Virus record (IMG/VR): IMGVR_UViG_3300032255_000013
Span: 1 to 32,280 of that record
DNA: 32,280 nt
Source of the DNA: a virus
Lineage: Duplodnaviria > Caudoviricetes
Strand: one strand, 5' to 3'
Below are positions 16,164 through 26,485 of the stretch, piece after piece. How positions within the stretch are numbered: position 1 is the stretch's first letter; each line of letters starts with the position of its first letter. The notes beneath the pieces are model-generated. The model was not told the origin of the DNA. It was given only the letters and a program-made list of their open reading frames with translations, and made no database searches. A program made the position numbers and the translations under genes.

Positions 16164-18403
16164 TGGCAATCTTTAACCTTCAATCCAACATGAACAGAGG
16201 GGAGCTTGACCCTCGCGTTGTTGGCCGAAAGGACATCGACGCTTATTACAATGGCGTCCAGCTTGCTAGAAATGTTCTATGCACACCACAGGGCGGCATG
16301 AGAAAGCGCCCCGGCATGGCGTTTCTTGGAGCAGCTATTGGCGATGGCCGTATTGAGAACTTCAGCTTCAGCACGGAACAAAATTACTTGGTCGTGTTCA
16401 CAGATTTGCGAATGCAAGTTTACAAGGATGGACAGATCGTTGTTGCCAGCCGAGCAATCACCGGAGCAACGCAAGCGAATCCCGTTGTTGTAACTTCAAC
16501 CGATCATGGCTTTCTCGATGGTCAAACCGTATCAATTGCCGGTGTGGGAGGGATGATTGAGATCAACAATCGCTCTTTCACTGTTGCCAACGCAACGACC
16601 AACACTTTTGAGCTTCAGGGTGAAGACGGTACAGGGCATACCGCCTACACCACCGGGGGGGCAGCGTCTGCGGAGGTTTTGCTGGTTACTCCGTGGACGC
16701 TGTTGCAGTTGGCAGACTTTGATTATATCCAGTCTGCTGATACTGCTATTATCGTTCACCCTGACGTAGAACCGCGAACTGTTGCCCGTACATCAGACGC
16801 GGATTGGGAAATTACTTCCTGGGGCGCAACTAATCTGCCTCAATTCGATTTTGATGATGCGTCAAGCCCTACACCCGTCGCAGAGGTTCAGGACATCACC
16901 TTTACAGCGTCTGGTGTTGGCGATAGATATAAGCTCGGTCTTGAGGGCCTTCTGACTGAAGAGCTTATCATTGCTTCAGGCACAACAACCAATGCAGATA
17001 ATATTCGCAGAGGGCTTCAGGACGTTATTCAACGCGGCGGGAGCGGCGTGACCGTTTCCTTTACGGGCGGAACAACATATCGTATAACACTTGGTAATGA
17101 AGCGGCTAAGGACTGGAAGCTAATCACCGGCACGCCAATTCTTTCTGAAGATGTAGCGTTTGAGATTTCCACGGTGAGGATTGCGGCAGGAACAAGCCGG
17201 AAGGAGGACGTGTGGAGCGTAACTCGCGGGTGGCCACGCACAGCGACATTCCACGAAGCGCGTTTATGGCTTGGGGGGTCAAAATCACGCCCTTCAACTA
17301 TTTGGGGTTCTCGCACCAATGACTTCTTCAATTTTGATGAGGGACGCGGGCGCGCTGATGAACTTGTTGCGGCCACCCTTGATACAGATCAAGTGAATGC
17401 TATTCAGGGAATTTTCAGCAACAGGGCGCTTCAGATATTCACGACAGGCGGCGAATTTTATTCTCCGGAGTCACCTATTACGCCTGAAAATATCTCTGTA
17501 ACACCACAAACAAACCTTGGCAGCTTGCGGATAAGGCCTGTCAGCATCGACGGTGTGACTCTGTTTGCTCAGAGATCAGGCAAGTCCGTAAACCAATTTC
17601 AATTTGTTAATGAATTTCAGGCCAACCAAACGCGCAGCATTTCAGTTCTGGCACCTCATTTGATCAATACACCTGTAGAAATGGCCGTCAGCAAAGGCTC
17701 TGCGACAACTGATGCCAATTACGTCTATATATTGAATTCAGACGGAAATCTGACGGTATTCAATACATTGATATCTGAAGATGTGCAGGGCTTCACAACC
17801 TGGGAAACAGACGGAGGCATTCAGTCTGTTGCCGTAGTGGATGATACGCTTTATTTCCTTGTCAAACGAACAGTCAACACCGCTACTGTTTATTATGTTG
17901 AGCGAGAAGACGACATGCTGAATACAGACGCCGGGGTGTTAACCAATGTTGGCGGGTCTGACACATTGACGGGCCTTGACCACCTGGAAAGCGAAACAAT
18001 TGCCATTAAAGCAGATGGAAGCGTTCAAGCTGATGAGATTGTAAGTGGTGGTCAGATCGTTATAGGTAGAACAGCGCAGACAATTGAGGCGGGTTTTTTA
18101 TACATCCCTACTATCAAAACACTTCCTTTGAATATCCAGCTCGGCAATGGGCCGAATGCTTACGCCCGCAAAAAGATACAACGCGCTTCGCTTCAACTTT
18201 ACGAATCAAATGGTGTAATAGTAAATGATCAAAGGATTGCAGATAAGACAATCGGACAAGATCAATTTGATGCGCCGATACCAAGGACCGGGATTTCACG
18301 CATCTATCTTCCGGGTTGGTCACTGGATGCAACCTTGGAAATTACGCAAAAAACGCCGATGCCCATGACGGTCTTGGCGATAGGTCTGGAGGTGGCCACA
18401 TAA
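16163..18403 (+). CDS. Tail tubular protein B / nozzle (T7 gp12-like) with an E1-FCCH-like insertion
   Basis: GELDP, NVLCTPQGGMRKRPG, GWPRTATFHEARLWLGG, IWGSRTNDFFNF. Confidence 0.85.
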   Translation: MAIFNLQSNMNRGELDPRVVGRKDIDAYYNGVQLARNVLCTPQGGMRKRPGMAFLGAAIGDGRIENFSFSTEQNYLVVFTDLRMQVYKDGQIVVASRAITGATQANPVVVTSTDHGFLDGQTVSIAGVGGMIEINNRSFTVANATTNTFELQGEDGTGHTAYTTGGAASAEVLLVTPWTLLQLADFDYIQSADTAIIVHPDVEPRTVARTSDADWEITSWGATNLPQFDFDDASSPTPVAEVQDITFTASGVGDRYKLGLEGLLTEELIIASGTTTNADNIRRGLQDVIQRGGSGVTVSFTGGTTYRITLGNEAAKDWKLITGTPILSEDVAFEISTVRIAAGTSRKEDVWSVTRGWPRTATFHEARLWLGGSKSRPSTIWGSRTNDFFNFDEGRGRADELVAATLDTDQVNAIQGIFSNRALQIFTTGGEFYSPESPITPENISVTPQTNLGSLRIRPVSIDGVTLFAQRSGKSVNQFQFVNEFQANQTRSISVLAPHLINTPVEMAVSKGSATTDANYVYILNSDGNLTVFNTLISEDVQGFTTWETDGGIQSVAVVDDTLYFLVKRTVNTATVYYVEREDDMLNTDAGVLTNVGGSDTLTGLDHLESETIAIKADGSVQADEIVSGGQIVIGRTAQTIEAGFLYIPTIKTLPLNIQLGNGPNAYARKKIQRASLQLYESNGVIVNDQRIADKTIGQDQFDAPIPRTGISRIYLPGWSLDATLEITQKTPMPMTVLAIGLEVAT

Positions 18404-18801
18404 TGGGGTTTGTTCTTGATATTGCGAAAGCCGGTGCCACCAGAGCGCAGGGCAAAATCGCTGCTCGTGAGGCAGAAACAGCAGCAAAGCAAGAAGAGCT
18501 TTTAGCAGTGGCTCGCGAGGCCGACAGAAAAGAGCGCCTTGCTCGTGTTATGGCGTCTCAAAATGCTTCAGCCGGGTCTCGTGGTGTTGCCGCATTTGAG
18601 GGTAGCCCTCTTACAATTCTGCAAGAAGATATACGCCGGGAAGGTGAAGCGACACAGCGTGACGAATTCATGACGAAATTGAATGCGATGACCTTGAGGT
18701 CTAAAGGTTTGATTGCGAAAAAACAAGCCGCAGCAGGCGCGTTTATAGGTTTGTTATCAGACATTCAAAAGAGAGCGGAACGGTCAAGGAGTGGAGGTTA
18801 A
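18403..18801 (+). CDS. Internal virion (ejection) protein, gp14-like
   Basis: GGAGG RBS, TAATG coupling at 18401-18405, QNASAGSRGVAAFEGSP. Confidence 0.75.
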   Translation: MGFVLDIAKAGATRAQGKIAAREAETAAKQEELLAVAREADRKERLARVMASQNASAGSRGVAAFEGSPLTILQEDIRREGEATQRDEFMTKLNAMTLRSKGLIAKKQAAAGAFIGLLSDIQKRAERSRSGG

Positions 18802-20954
18802 TGGCTGAACGTTTTACAGATCAAGTAAGTATACAGCGCCAAGATTTGGGGACAGGCGCGGCACAAGGATTATCTCCAATCATTCGCAGACTTGAGGCGT
18901 TCAGCGAGTCTACAGATTTACTTACTCGTAAAATTGGTGCCCGCCGTGGCGCAAATCAGGCTGCTGAAGTCAAGCAAGAAACCGTTGATATTGATGGCCA
19001 GAAAGTGGCGGCAGCGCCACAATTCAGAAAAAGAACAATTGGCGATGCATTGCTTTTTGGCGGTCAAGAGGCGGCGGCTTATAACAAGGCCATTGAAAGC
19101 GGTTATCTTTCAGCCCTTGAGAATGATCTTCGTGAAGGTATTGCAAAAATTGAACTTGAGAACCGTGATGACCTTATTTCCTACAATGAAAAGGTAGCAG
19201 GTTTCACCAAAGGCGTTCTTGGGGAGGTTGACCCGTCCTCACTGGCTATTGTTGAGCAAGCTCTTGACGGCATGGTCACAAATGGGCGTATTCGCGTTCA
19301 GGAGCGCACGCTGAACAACGCAAGGGCTGATGCTAACTCTAGCAGGCTAACGGCTATTGAGGGGGCGTCTGTCGCTGCATCTACAGCGGCCAGAAATGGC
19401 AACAAGCTTGAAGCCGCTGAAGCCGTCCTTCTCGCTTTCGAGAAAATTGACAATATGGTCAGTACAGGTGATATGCCCGTTGAGGAGGCAGCGCGCATCA
19501 GGCGCGGCCTTGAAAGGGAAGTAACAGAGCAAACCTTTCAAGGAGAGCTTCTTGATCTTGCCGATGCTGAAGGTGTTGAGGCTGCTGTTTCAAGAATTAG
19601 TGAGCTTCAGGAAGAGGTTCCTGGCGGGTTTACCCCTGACGAATGGGATGCTTTTATCTCAAGCGCTCAATCAAATGTTATTCAGGCGGAGAAGAGACGG
19701 GCATTTGAGGGTCAGGCCGTTCAGGATCAGAGAGATCGCCGGGCAAGTGATTTGGAGATTTCTGTTTCACGCGGAACAAAATCACACTCTGATATTGAAA
19801 CCTCTTTTGAAGCCGGAGATATCAACGCTGAAAAACGCACACGATTAACAAAACTTGCCGACAGTGTGCAAAGGCAGGGGCAAGAGCAAATCAATATGAT
19901 CCAATTGCTTCAAAGCGGGATGACCCTAGACCCTAAAAACTCAGATCATAGAAAAGCAATCGATTTCGGTTATGAATTGATGGTTCAGAACATGGCCGAT
20001 GCTGGCGCAACGCCTGACGAAATACGCGGCCAAACGCTTCGGTACGCCGGGCAATATGGCCGTTTACCGAGCCCTACTATTTCGATGGTTCGCGGTGGTT
20101 TGAGATCAAATGACCCTGAGCAAATGCTTAACTCGGCCCGCTTTGTTTCCGAATCTCGCTCTGTCAATCCGCGCCTTCTTGATGACATCGCTGAACAGGA
20201 TTTGTACGCCGCAAATTATATTATGGCCCAGAACTCTTACGGCGTTGATCCTGCCGATCTGCCGGAGAACTTTAAGCAATTCATCAGTACGCCGGAAAGT
20301 GTAAGAGATATTCGCGGAACGGAATATATCGAAATCAGTAAAGATGAAACGGCTGAAAGTTGGCTTTCAAATGAGACTATTGAGGGATTTGAGCTTTTCG
20401 ATAAACAGCATCTGACATCGGCTGAGCGTGAACAATTTGATGGAGCCGCAGAGCTTCCTGCTTTAATGGTGCATGAATTTGATCAGGTGGTGAGAGAGAA
20501 CTATCAGAGAAGTGGTGACATCAACAGTTCTAGACTGGCGGGCATTGATGCTGTTCGCCGAAAGTGGTCAGTATCTCGCGTTGGTCGCGATGGTGCCGCT
20601 GTTATGATGAAGGACGCGCCAGAGCTTCACTATGGTGTTCCAACCATGACGCAAGAGCAAAACGGCGAATGGATCAGAGAACAGTTGATTTCAGAAATAA
20701 GTACAAATGCTTTCGTTGAAGAGGGGTTTGAGGACAGAATTATTGTAACCGTTGACCCAACTAGAACCGCCCCTGACGGACGCCCGGTTTATAATTATAT
20801 TGTTCTGGCGACGACAGGACAACTTTTCCGGCCCGCTGTAGAAAGGGTATTTATTCCTGATTGGCAGAGCAGCCCAGAGGCGAAGCGCCGCGCTGAAGAA
20901 CTTGAGGCAGAAGTTGCCGAAGCTGAGGCTGAGTTTATGGATGGCCTTAAATGA
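18801..20954 (+). CDS. Internal virion (ejection) protein, gp15-like
   Basis: 717-aa alpha-helical protein; position after gp14-like gene. Confidence 0.7.
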   Translation: MAERFTDQVSIQRQDLGTGAAQGLSPIIRRLEAFSESTDLLTRKIGARRGANQAAEVKQETVDIDGQKVAAAPQFRKRTIGDALLFGGQEAAAYNKAIESGYLSALENDLREGIAKIELENRDDLISYNEKVAGFTKGVLGEVDPSSLAIVEQALDGMVTNGRIRVQERTLNNARADANSSRLTAIEGASVAASTAARNGNKLEAAEAVLLAFEKIDNMVSTGDMPVEEAARIRRGLEREVTEQTFQGELLDLADAEGVEAAVSRISELQEEVPGGFTPDEWDAFISSAQSNVIQAEKRRAFEGQAVQDQRDRRASDLEISVSRGTKSHSDIETSFEAGDINAEKRTRLTKLADSVQRQGQEQINMIQLLQSGMTLDPKNSDHRKAIDFGYELMVQNMADAGATPDEIRGQTLRYAGQYGRLPSPTISMVRGGLRSNDPEQMLNSARFVSESRSVNPRLLDDIAEQDLYAANYIMAQNSYGVDPADLPENFKQFISTPESVRDIRGTEYIEISKDETAESWLSNETIEGFELFDKQHLTSAEREQFDGAAELPALMVHEFDQVVRENYQRSGDINSSRLAGIDAVRRKWSVSRVGRDGAAVMMKDAPELHYGVPTMTQEQNGEWIREQLISEISTNAFVEEGFEDRIIVTVDPTRTAPDGRPVYNYIVLATTGQLFRPAVERVFIPDWQSSPEAKRRAEELEAEVAEAEAEFMDGLK

Positions 20955-23902
20955 TCGTTGATCGAGACGATATGCCTTTCAAGGGCTTGGTGAGTGGGGC
21001 TCGCCAAGAAGTTCTCGGCGTTCAGGGTCACGCAGAAAGTCCTTGGCGAGCCGTTCTTGAAACAGAAAATACTATTGGCGCGATTGCCGGTCTGGCTGAA
21101 ACATTTATTGATATGCCAAATCGTTTCAATGACACATCTGAGCGCGTTATTGATTTTAGAACAGCTATTCAGGGATATGAGCCTTATGCCTCGTCTTTTT
21201 CAGACGCTGAAACAGTTGAAGACTTTTCACGTATCCGCCGCAAGATTGATAGAGAGCGTCGAGCACAACAAGTTATAGCAGAGGCTGAGGGCGAAGGAAC
21301 ACTTGCTCTTCTTACTCTTGGTGTGGTTGACCCTGTAAACCTCATCCCGGGCGGAGCTGTTGTAAGGTCCGCAAGAACAGGACAGAGGGTTATCAGTGGC
21401 GCTAAAACAGCCGCCATTGCGGGTTTTGGAGCGGGACTGACAAGTGAGACTTTACTTCAGCTTGATCAAGAGACAAGAACACTTACTGAAAGTGGCATAA
21501 ATGTTTTCGCGTCTACTGTTCTTTCTGGTATTCTTGGCGGGGCTGTTGGCCTTATCAAAGACCAAAAAACCATTGTTGACAAGTTTGTCAATGACATGAC
21601 GCGCACAGAGGATATTGTACTGACGCCGAAAGGGCCGGAGAGTGCAGGCGCAGCGGCTGCACCTCGCACCACAATTGAACAGGAAACGTTAAAATCTGCC
21701 GGTGGTCTTGAAAAGACTTTCAGTTTTCAAGACCCACTCTTAAGGGCTGCTAATAGCAATTCATTGCAGGCCCGTAAAGCCATGCAGCAGCTTGCAGAAT
21801 ACCCGCTGAAGTTCGCAAAGAATGCCGAAGGCATCGCCAGCCCGGTTTCAGTAGAGGCAAAAATAAGATCACATCAGGCCGGGCTTTATCGAGGTATTAT
21901 TGAAACTGACGACCTTTTTGTAAGGCACCGTTTTGGTCGTGAGCGCAAGGCGTTCGACGTTGCTAAAATAGGTGTCAGTGACATGATCAGCAGCAACTCA
22001 GGCAAATTGACCCGCAAGCAGTTCTATGAGGAAGTGGGCAAGGCCATGCGCCGTGGCGATGATCACGCCATTCCTGAAGTTGCAGACGCAGCCAAGGCCA
22101 TGCGCCGGGAGGTATTCGACCCTCTAAAGCAGCAAGCAATTAAGGCGGGTATCCTGCCGGAAGATGTGGACGTTACAACAGCGCAGACCTATTTGACACG
22201 CATTTATAATCAGGAGAAGATTGCAGCGCAGCGTACTGAATTTGAAGATGTGCTTGTTCGGTGGCTGGCTGACAATAATGCCGAGGAATTGACAGTTGAA
22301 GAATTGGCCTTTATCGCCTCTGACATTACTGACACGCTTTTAGGCAGCGCCCCAAACCGGGTTTTGATTGATGCTGTGCCGCTTGAGCGCGGCCCGCTGA
22401 AAGAGCGCACGCTGAACATTGCTGATGAATTGATTGAGCCTTGGCTTGAAAATGATGTTGAGCTTGTGGCGCGGGCATATACTAGAACAGTAGGCGCAGA
22501 CGTTGAATTGACACAGATGTTTGGCCGTGCAGACCTTGAGGACCAGATAACAGCCATTCGCGATGATTACCAGCAACTCCGCAAAGGTAAGAGTGAGAAG
22601 GAACTGACAGCCCTGAACAAGCAAATGCAGGGTGATATTCGCGATCTGCAAGCAGTGCGTGACCGTTTACGCGGAACCTTTGCCATTCCTTCAACGGGGC
22701 CCGGCTTGGCTGCGGCAAGGGTGAGCAGTTTTGTTAAAACATTGAATTATGTCCGCTTGCTTGGCGGCATGACAGCTTCTGCGATCCCGGATATAGCCCG
22801 CCCCATTATGGTGCATGGAATTGATAGAACCATGAAAGCACCAATGGACGCCATTATGAAAGGCACCAAAGGATTTAAGATAGCCGCTGAAGAGGTCAAG
22901 CTTGCAGGTACAGCCCTTGATATGGTGTTGGACAGCCGGGCAATGGCAATCGCTGATATCGTGGATGATTTCGGGCGCAATACCAAACTGGAAAGAGGCT
23001 TGCGCGGGGTTGGCCAGAAATTCGGCACTGTATCGCTCATGGCACCATGGAATGCTGCCATCAAGCAGTTTGTGGGGGTGGTGTCGCAGACGCGCACGCT
23101 TAACGCCGTGAAGGCTTTTAAAAAGGGCGTTATTGACAGCAAGGAAATTGAACGGCTAGCAGCCCTCGGCATTGATGAGGATATGGCCAACCGTATTGCG
23201 CGACAGTTTGACAAGCATGGCGAAAACGTCAAAGGCACAAAATGGGCAAATACCACCGCTTGGGATGATTTTGACGCTCGCGAAATATATCGGGCGGCGC
23301 TGGCGAAAGAGGTGGATAAGACAATTATCACACCTGGACAAGATAAGCCCCTTTGGATGAGCACGCCACTCGGCTCAATGATTGGCCAATTTAGAAGCTT
23401 TTCAGTTTCATCATCACAAAGGGCGATGCTTTCAGGGCTTCAGGATAGGGATGCCGCCGCATTTAGCGGGGCTATGGCAATGATTGGCCTTGGTATGCTA
23501 TCCTATGCTATCAAGGCCAAGGCAGCGGGTTTTGAGTTGTCTGATGATCCTGCCGTATGGGTCACTGAGGGGATTGATAGAAGTGGCCTTACTGGCTGGT
23601 TTTTTGATGTGAATAACACTGTTGAGAAACTAACTCGTGGTGGCATTGGAGTTTCAAGACTGACTGGCGCTCCGACTATGAGCCGTTATCAGAGCCGCAA
23701 CGCCGTTGGCGCGTTGCTTGGTCCCACCTTTGGCACGGTTTCAGATATTGCTCAAGTGACAGGGGCGGCGGGTGCGGGCGAATGGACCGCATCAGACACT
23801 CGTGCGGTTCGCAGGCTGTTGCCATATCAGAACCTTATTTACATGCGCCGCTTGTTTGATGAAGTGGAAGCGGGTATAAATGAAACTATTGGAGTAAATT
23901 GA
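20951..23902 (+). CDS. Large internal virion (ejection) protein, gp16-like
   Basis: 983 aa, helical, with Gly/Ala hydrophobic segments; QFRSF and RRLLPYQN motifs; precedes the tailspike. Confidence 0.75.
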   Translation: MIVDRDDMPFKGLVSGARQEVLGVQGHAESPWRAVLETENTIGAIAGLAETFIDMPNRFNDTSERVIDFRTAIQGYEPYASSFSDAETVEDFSRIRRKIDRERRAQQVIAEAEGEGTLALLTLGVVDPVNLIPGGAVVRSARTGQRVISGAKTAAIAGFGAGLTSETLLQLDQETRTLTESGINVFASTVLSGILGGAVGLIKDQKTIVDKFVNDMTRTEDIVLTPKGPESAGAAAAPRTTIEQETLKSAGGLEKTFSFQDPLLRAANSNSLQARKAMQQLAEYPLKFAKNAEGIASPVSVEAKIRSHQAGLYRGIIETDDLFVRHRFGRERKAFDVAKIGVSDMISSNSGKLTRKQFYEEVGKAMRRGDDHAIPEVADAAKAMRREVFDPLKQQAIKAGILPEDVDVTTAQTYLTRIYNQEKIAAQRTEFEDVLVRWLADNNAEELTVEELAFIASDITDTLLGSAPNRVLIDAVPLERGPLKERTLNIADELIEPWLENDVELVARAYTRTVGADVELTQMFGRADLEDQITAIRDDYQQLRKGKSEKELTALNKQMQGDIRDLQAVRDRLRGTFAIPSTGPGLAAARVSSFVKTLNYVRLLGGMTASAIPDIARPIMVHGIDRTMKAPMDAIMKGTKGFKIAAEEVKLAGTALDMVLDSRAMAIADIVDDFGRNTKLERGLRGVGQKFGTVSLMAPWNAAIKQFVGVVSQTRTLNAVKAFKKGVIDSKEIERLAALGIDEDMANRIARQFDKHGENVKGTKWANTTAWDDFDAREIYRAALAKEVDKTIITPGQDKPLWMSTPLGSMIGQFRSFSVSSSQRAMLSGLQDRDAAAFSGAMAMIGLGMLSYAIKAKAAGFELSDDPAVWVTEGIDRSGLTGWFFDVNNTVEKLTRGGIGVSRLTGAPTMSRYQSRNAVGALLGPTFGTVSDIAQVTGAAGAGEWTASDTRAVRRLLPYQNLIYMRRLFDEVEAGINETIGVN

Positions 23903-26271
23903 TGACTATCACAAGTTCAGACACCAGAAACGAATATACTGCCGCTGCTGGGCAGATGGTATTTACTTACTCGTTTAAGATTTTTGCGGCCACTGACCTT
24001 AATGTATATCAGACGGCGGCGGGACAGGAATGTGCTGATAGTGACTTAATTACCACATATACCGTTCAAGATGTAGGTGTAGAAGACGGGGGCACTATTA
24101 CCCTTAATTCCGCCGCCACAGCTGGCGACTTGATTACTATCGTATCGGCGATTCCTGAGACAAGGGGCATAGATTACCAGAACAATGGAGACTTTATCCC
24201 CGACACTGTTAATGATGACTTCGATAAGGTCTATTCTATTGCGCGTCAAGCTAGAGGTGAGGCTCAAAGGGGTTTGCAATTCCCTGAGTGTCTTCAAGGG
24301 TCCACCTCCCTGACACTTCCAACGCCCGCCGCACTTCAATGGCTTCGGTGGCGGGCTGACATGGGAGGCTTGGAGAATGTAGACCCATCCCTTGGAACAG
24401 CTAGTGATTCCTCAATTGTAAATTACAATCAGGGAGGCGCAGAGGCAATCACACGAACAACAGAAAGCCGGTTGCAGGAAAGGGTTTCTGTTCTTGACTT
24501 CGGCGCATTAGGTGACGGGGTGACAGATGATACAGATGCAATTCAAAACGCTATAAATTCAGGCGCAGCCGCTGTCTATTTCCCCGGGACAGATGCTTTT
24601 TACAAGACAACAGATGTTGTGAATGCCTCAGTTCAAGGTCAGCGCCTTTTTGGTGATGGTGAACTTAGTTTGGTGAAAAATACAGCCGCTGTTGCTACCG
24701 ATATAACGACCATCAATGTGACCGCTGATTATATTGTTATTGATGGACTTCACGTTTCAACCGGAGCGGATACAGATGCTAGTCTTCTTCAGGGTGTCGG
24801 TATTTTAATAAATGCTGACAACTGCAAGATTCAGAATAACTACGTTACTGACTTCGAGAGTGCAGGGATACTTATCTATAACGGCAACACAAACATCATA
24901 GTGGGCAATCATATTTTTAACTCAAAAGGAAGTCTGGCCGCGTCTACTGATTTCATTGATGAAGGTGTGGCGATTGGTGTTCAATACAATGGCACAGGTA
25001 ATGTGATATCTGAAAATGTTATAGATAGTGTTGGTTGGGGGGTAATTGTCCAAACAATTGATGTTGGCAATTTGGCATTTAATAATATTATTTCAAACAA
25101 TAGAATCAGGTCTTGTTCTATTTATGGCATCATGGCCTACCGCAACGACGAAACAAAGGGCGTCTTGTCTCTGACGGGAACAGTCATTTCAAACAACAAT
25201 ATCCAAACAGTGACCGGTGCAGCTGGCATCCTAGCTAACCCAGCAGGGCAGCAATTTGTTTTTGGTGCAGGTATATACATTCAGGGCGCTGAGCACACAA
25301 TTGTTGTGGGCAACAAGGTCAATGATACAAATTCCAATACAGAATTTGAACAACTTGCTCCCGGTGGTATTGGTATCACTAACTGTTCAAGTGTGATCGT
25401 TGAGGGTAATTTTATCAGAAATGCTGAATGGGACGGAATCCATGTAAACGAGCCGAATGATTTGGGGATAGATGATGGTGAAGTGAAAATCATAGGTAAC
25501 AAGATATTGGGCAGTGCACGGCAGTCTATTTACATGAAGGACACCAAAGATGTGTCAGTTATAGGAAATCATGTCGAGGGAGGTATGTTGAACGGAATTT
25601 TCGCAAACAGTACGCTTTCCGCGAAATCAGAGAACATTCTGATTTCTGGAAATATGGTTAAAAATTGCACGCAGTCTGGCATAAATATCAATTGGTATGG
25701 CTATCCTATTATCACTAACAACGTCATTTTTAACAATGGCGTTCATGGCATTTCTTTGTCCAATAACGATTTTTGTACGATCACAGGTAATCAGTCTGTT
25801 GATAATACTACATACGGAATTACAGCAGGATCAACATCGCTTGACGGAATTTGCTCTGGTAATTATTGCAAAGGCAACAATTATAATTTTAACTTTCAGG
25901 TTCCTATGTTGTTTGAGGGCAACAGGTATCTTTCGCCCGGTACTGCTGATTTCATCGGCGGCTCTTTCAACGATCCAGTAACAGCTTTTGGTGATGGCGA
26001 TACCACACCGTCAGTCAAGTATGCGGATGAGTGGACGACAGGAAACACTGCCGCAACGTCCATTACGGGGTTTGATGATGGCATTAAGGGGCAGAGGTTC
26101 ACCATCCGTCTTGGTGATGCCAATACAATATTTGTTAATTCTGGCTCAATGCAATTGGCGGGCAGTGTTAATTTTGCTGCTGCTGCTGGTGATACAATCA
26201 CCTTTATGTGTACCGGCGGCGCTGGCAGTGGGGCAACGAATGTGGTTGAAGTTGCAAGAATGGTTAGATAA
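23902..26271 (+). CDS. Tailspike / depolymerase: T7 gp17-like N-terminal anchor plus right-handed beta-helix (pectate-lyase-like)
   Basis: FTYSFKIF...DLNVY anchor; SVLDFGALGDGVTDDTDAIQNAIN; many I-x-(G/N)-N repeats. Confidence 0.9.
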   Translation: MTITSSDTRNEYTAAAGQMVFTYSFKIFAATDLNVYQTAAGQECADSDLITTYTVQDVGVEDGGTITLNSAATAGDLITIVSAIPETRGIDYQNNGDFIPDTVNDDFDKVYSIARQARGEAQRGLQFPECLQGSTSLTLPTPAALQWLRWRADMGGLENVDPSLGTASDSSIVNYNQGGAEAITRTTESRLQERVSVLDFGALGDGVTDDTDAIQNAINSGAAAVYFPGTDAFYKTTDVVNASVQGQRLFGDGELSLVKNTAAVATDITTINVTADYIVIDGLHVSTGADTDASLLQGVGILINADNCKIQNNYVTDFESAGILIYNGNTNIIVGNHIFNSKGSLAASTDFIDEGVAIGVQYNGTGNVISENVIDSVGWGVIVQTIDVGNLAFNNIISNNRIRSCSIYGIMAYRNDETKGVLSLTGTVISNNNIQTVTGAAGILANPAGQQFVFGAGIYIQGAEHTIVVGNKVNDTNSNTEFEQLAPGGIGITNCSSVIVEGNFIRNAEWDGIHVNEPNDLGIDDGEVKIIGNKILGSARQSIYMKDTKDVSVIGNHVEGGMLNGIFANSTLSAKSENILISGNMVKNCTQSGININWYGYPIITNNVIFNNGVHGISLSNNDFCTITGNQSVDNTTYGITAGSTSLDGICSGNYCKGNNYNFNFQVPMLFEGNRYLSPGTADFIGGSFNDPVTAFGDGDTTPSVKYADEWTTGNTAATSITGFDDGIKGQRFTIRLGDANTIFVNSGSMQLAGSVNFAAAAGDTITFMCTGGAGSGATNVVEVARMVR

Positions 26272-26299
26272 TCCTGACATTCAGTCTCGATTACTAAAA

Positions 26300-26485
26300 T
26301 TATAAGCGCCAAGTACGATCATTCATCTGGTAATTAATAGCCCCGCCATTCCTAAGATAACTGTAGATAGCAGGGTCTTTTCTTTTCAGGTCATGCCCGT
26401 CGGCCAGATAACTTTCAATGCGCGACCATTTTGTTTTGGACAGGTATCGTTTTCCTTCGTGAAAAATATATGAATTTGCTGCCAT
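26300..26485 (-). CDS. Hypothetical protein
   Basis: AAGGAGG RBS; abuts the initiator stop codon. Confidence 0.7.
   Translation of the reverse strand: MAANSYIFHEGKRYLSKTKWSRIESYLADGHDLKRKDPAIYSYLRNGGAINYQMNDRTWRL

Noticed and set aside
18316-18402. ORF-track upstream start for the gp14-like gene (also 28902 for dnaB, 30692 for VRR-NUC, 12877 for scaffold)
   Set aside because: These overlap neighbouring genes, while downstream starts have an RBS or stop-start coupling
22747-23364. Long antisense ORFs (205 aa here, 232 aa at 1712-2410, and others)
   Set aside because: They lie opposite well-supported genes, with no RBS or recognisable motifs
26272-26299. Terminator between the convergent tailspike and replication operons
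   Set aside because: No hairpin or U-tract visible in the 28-nt gap
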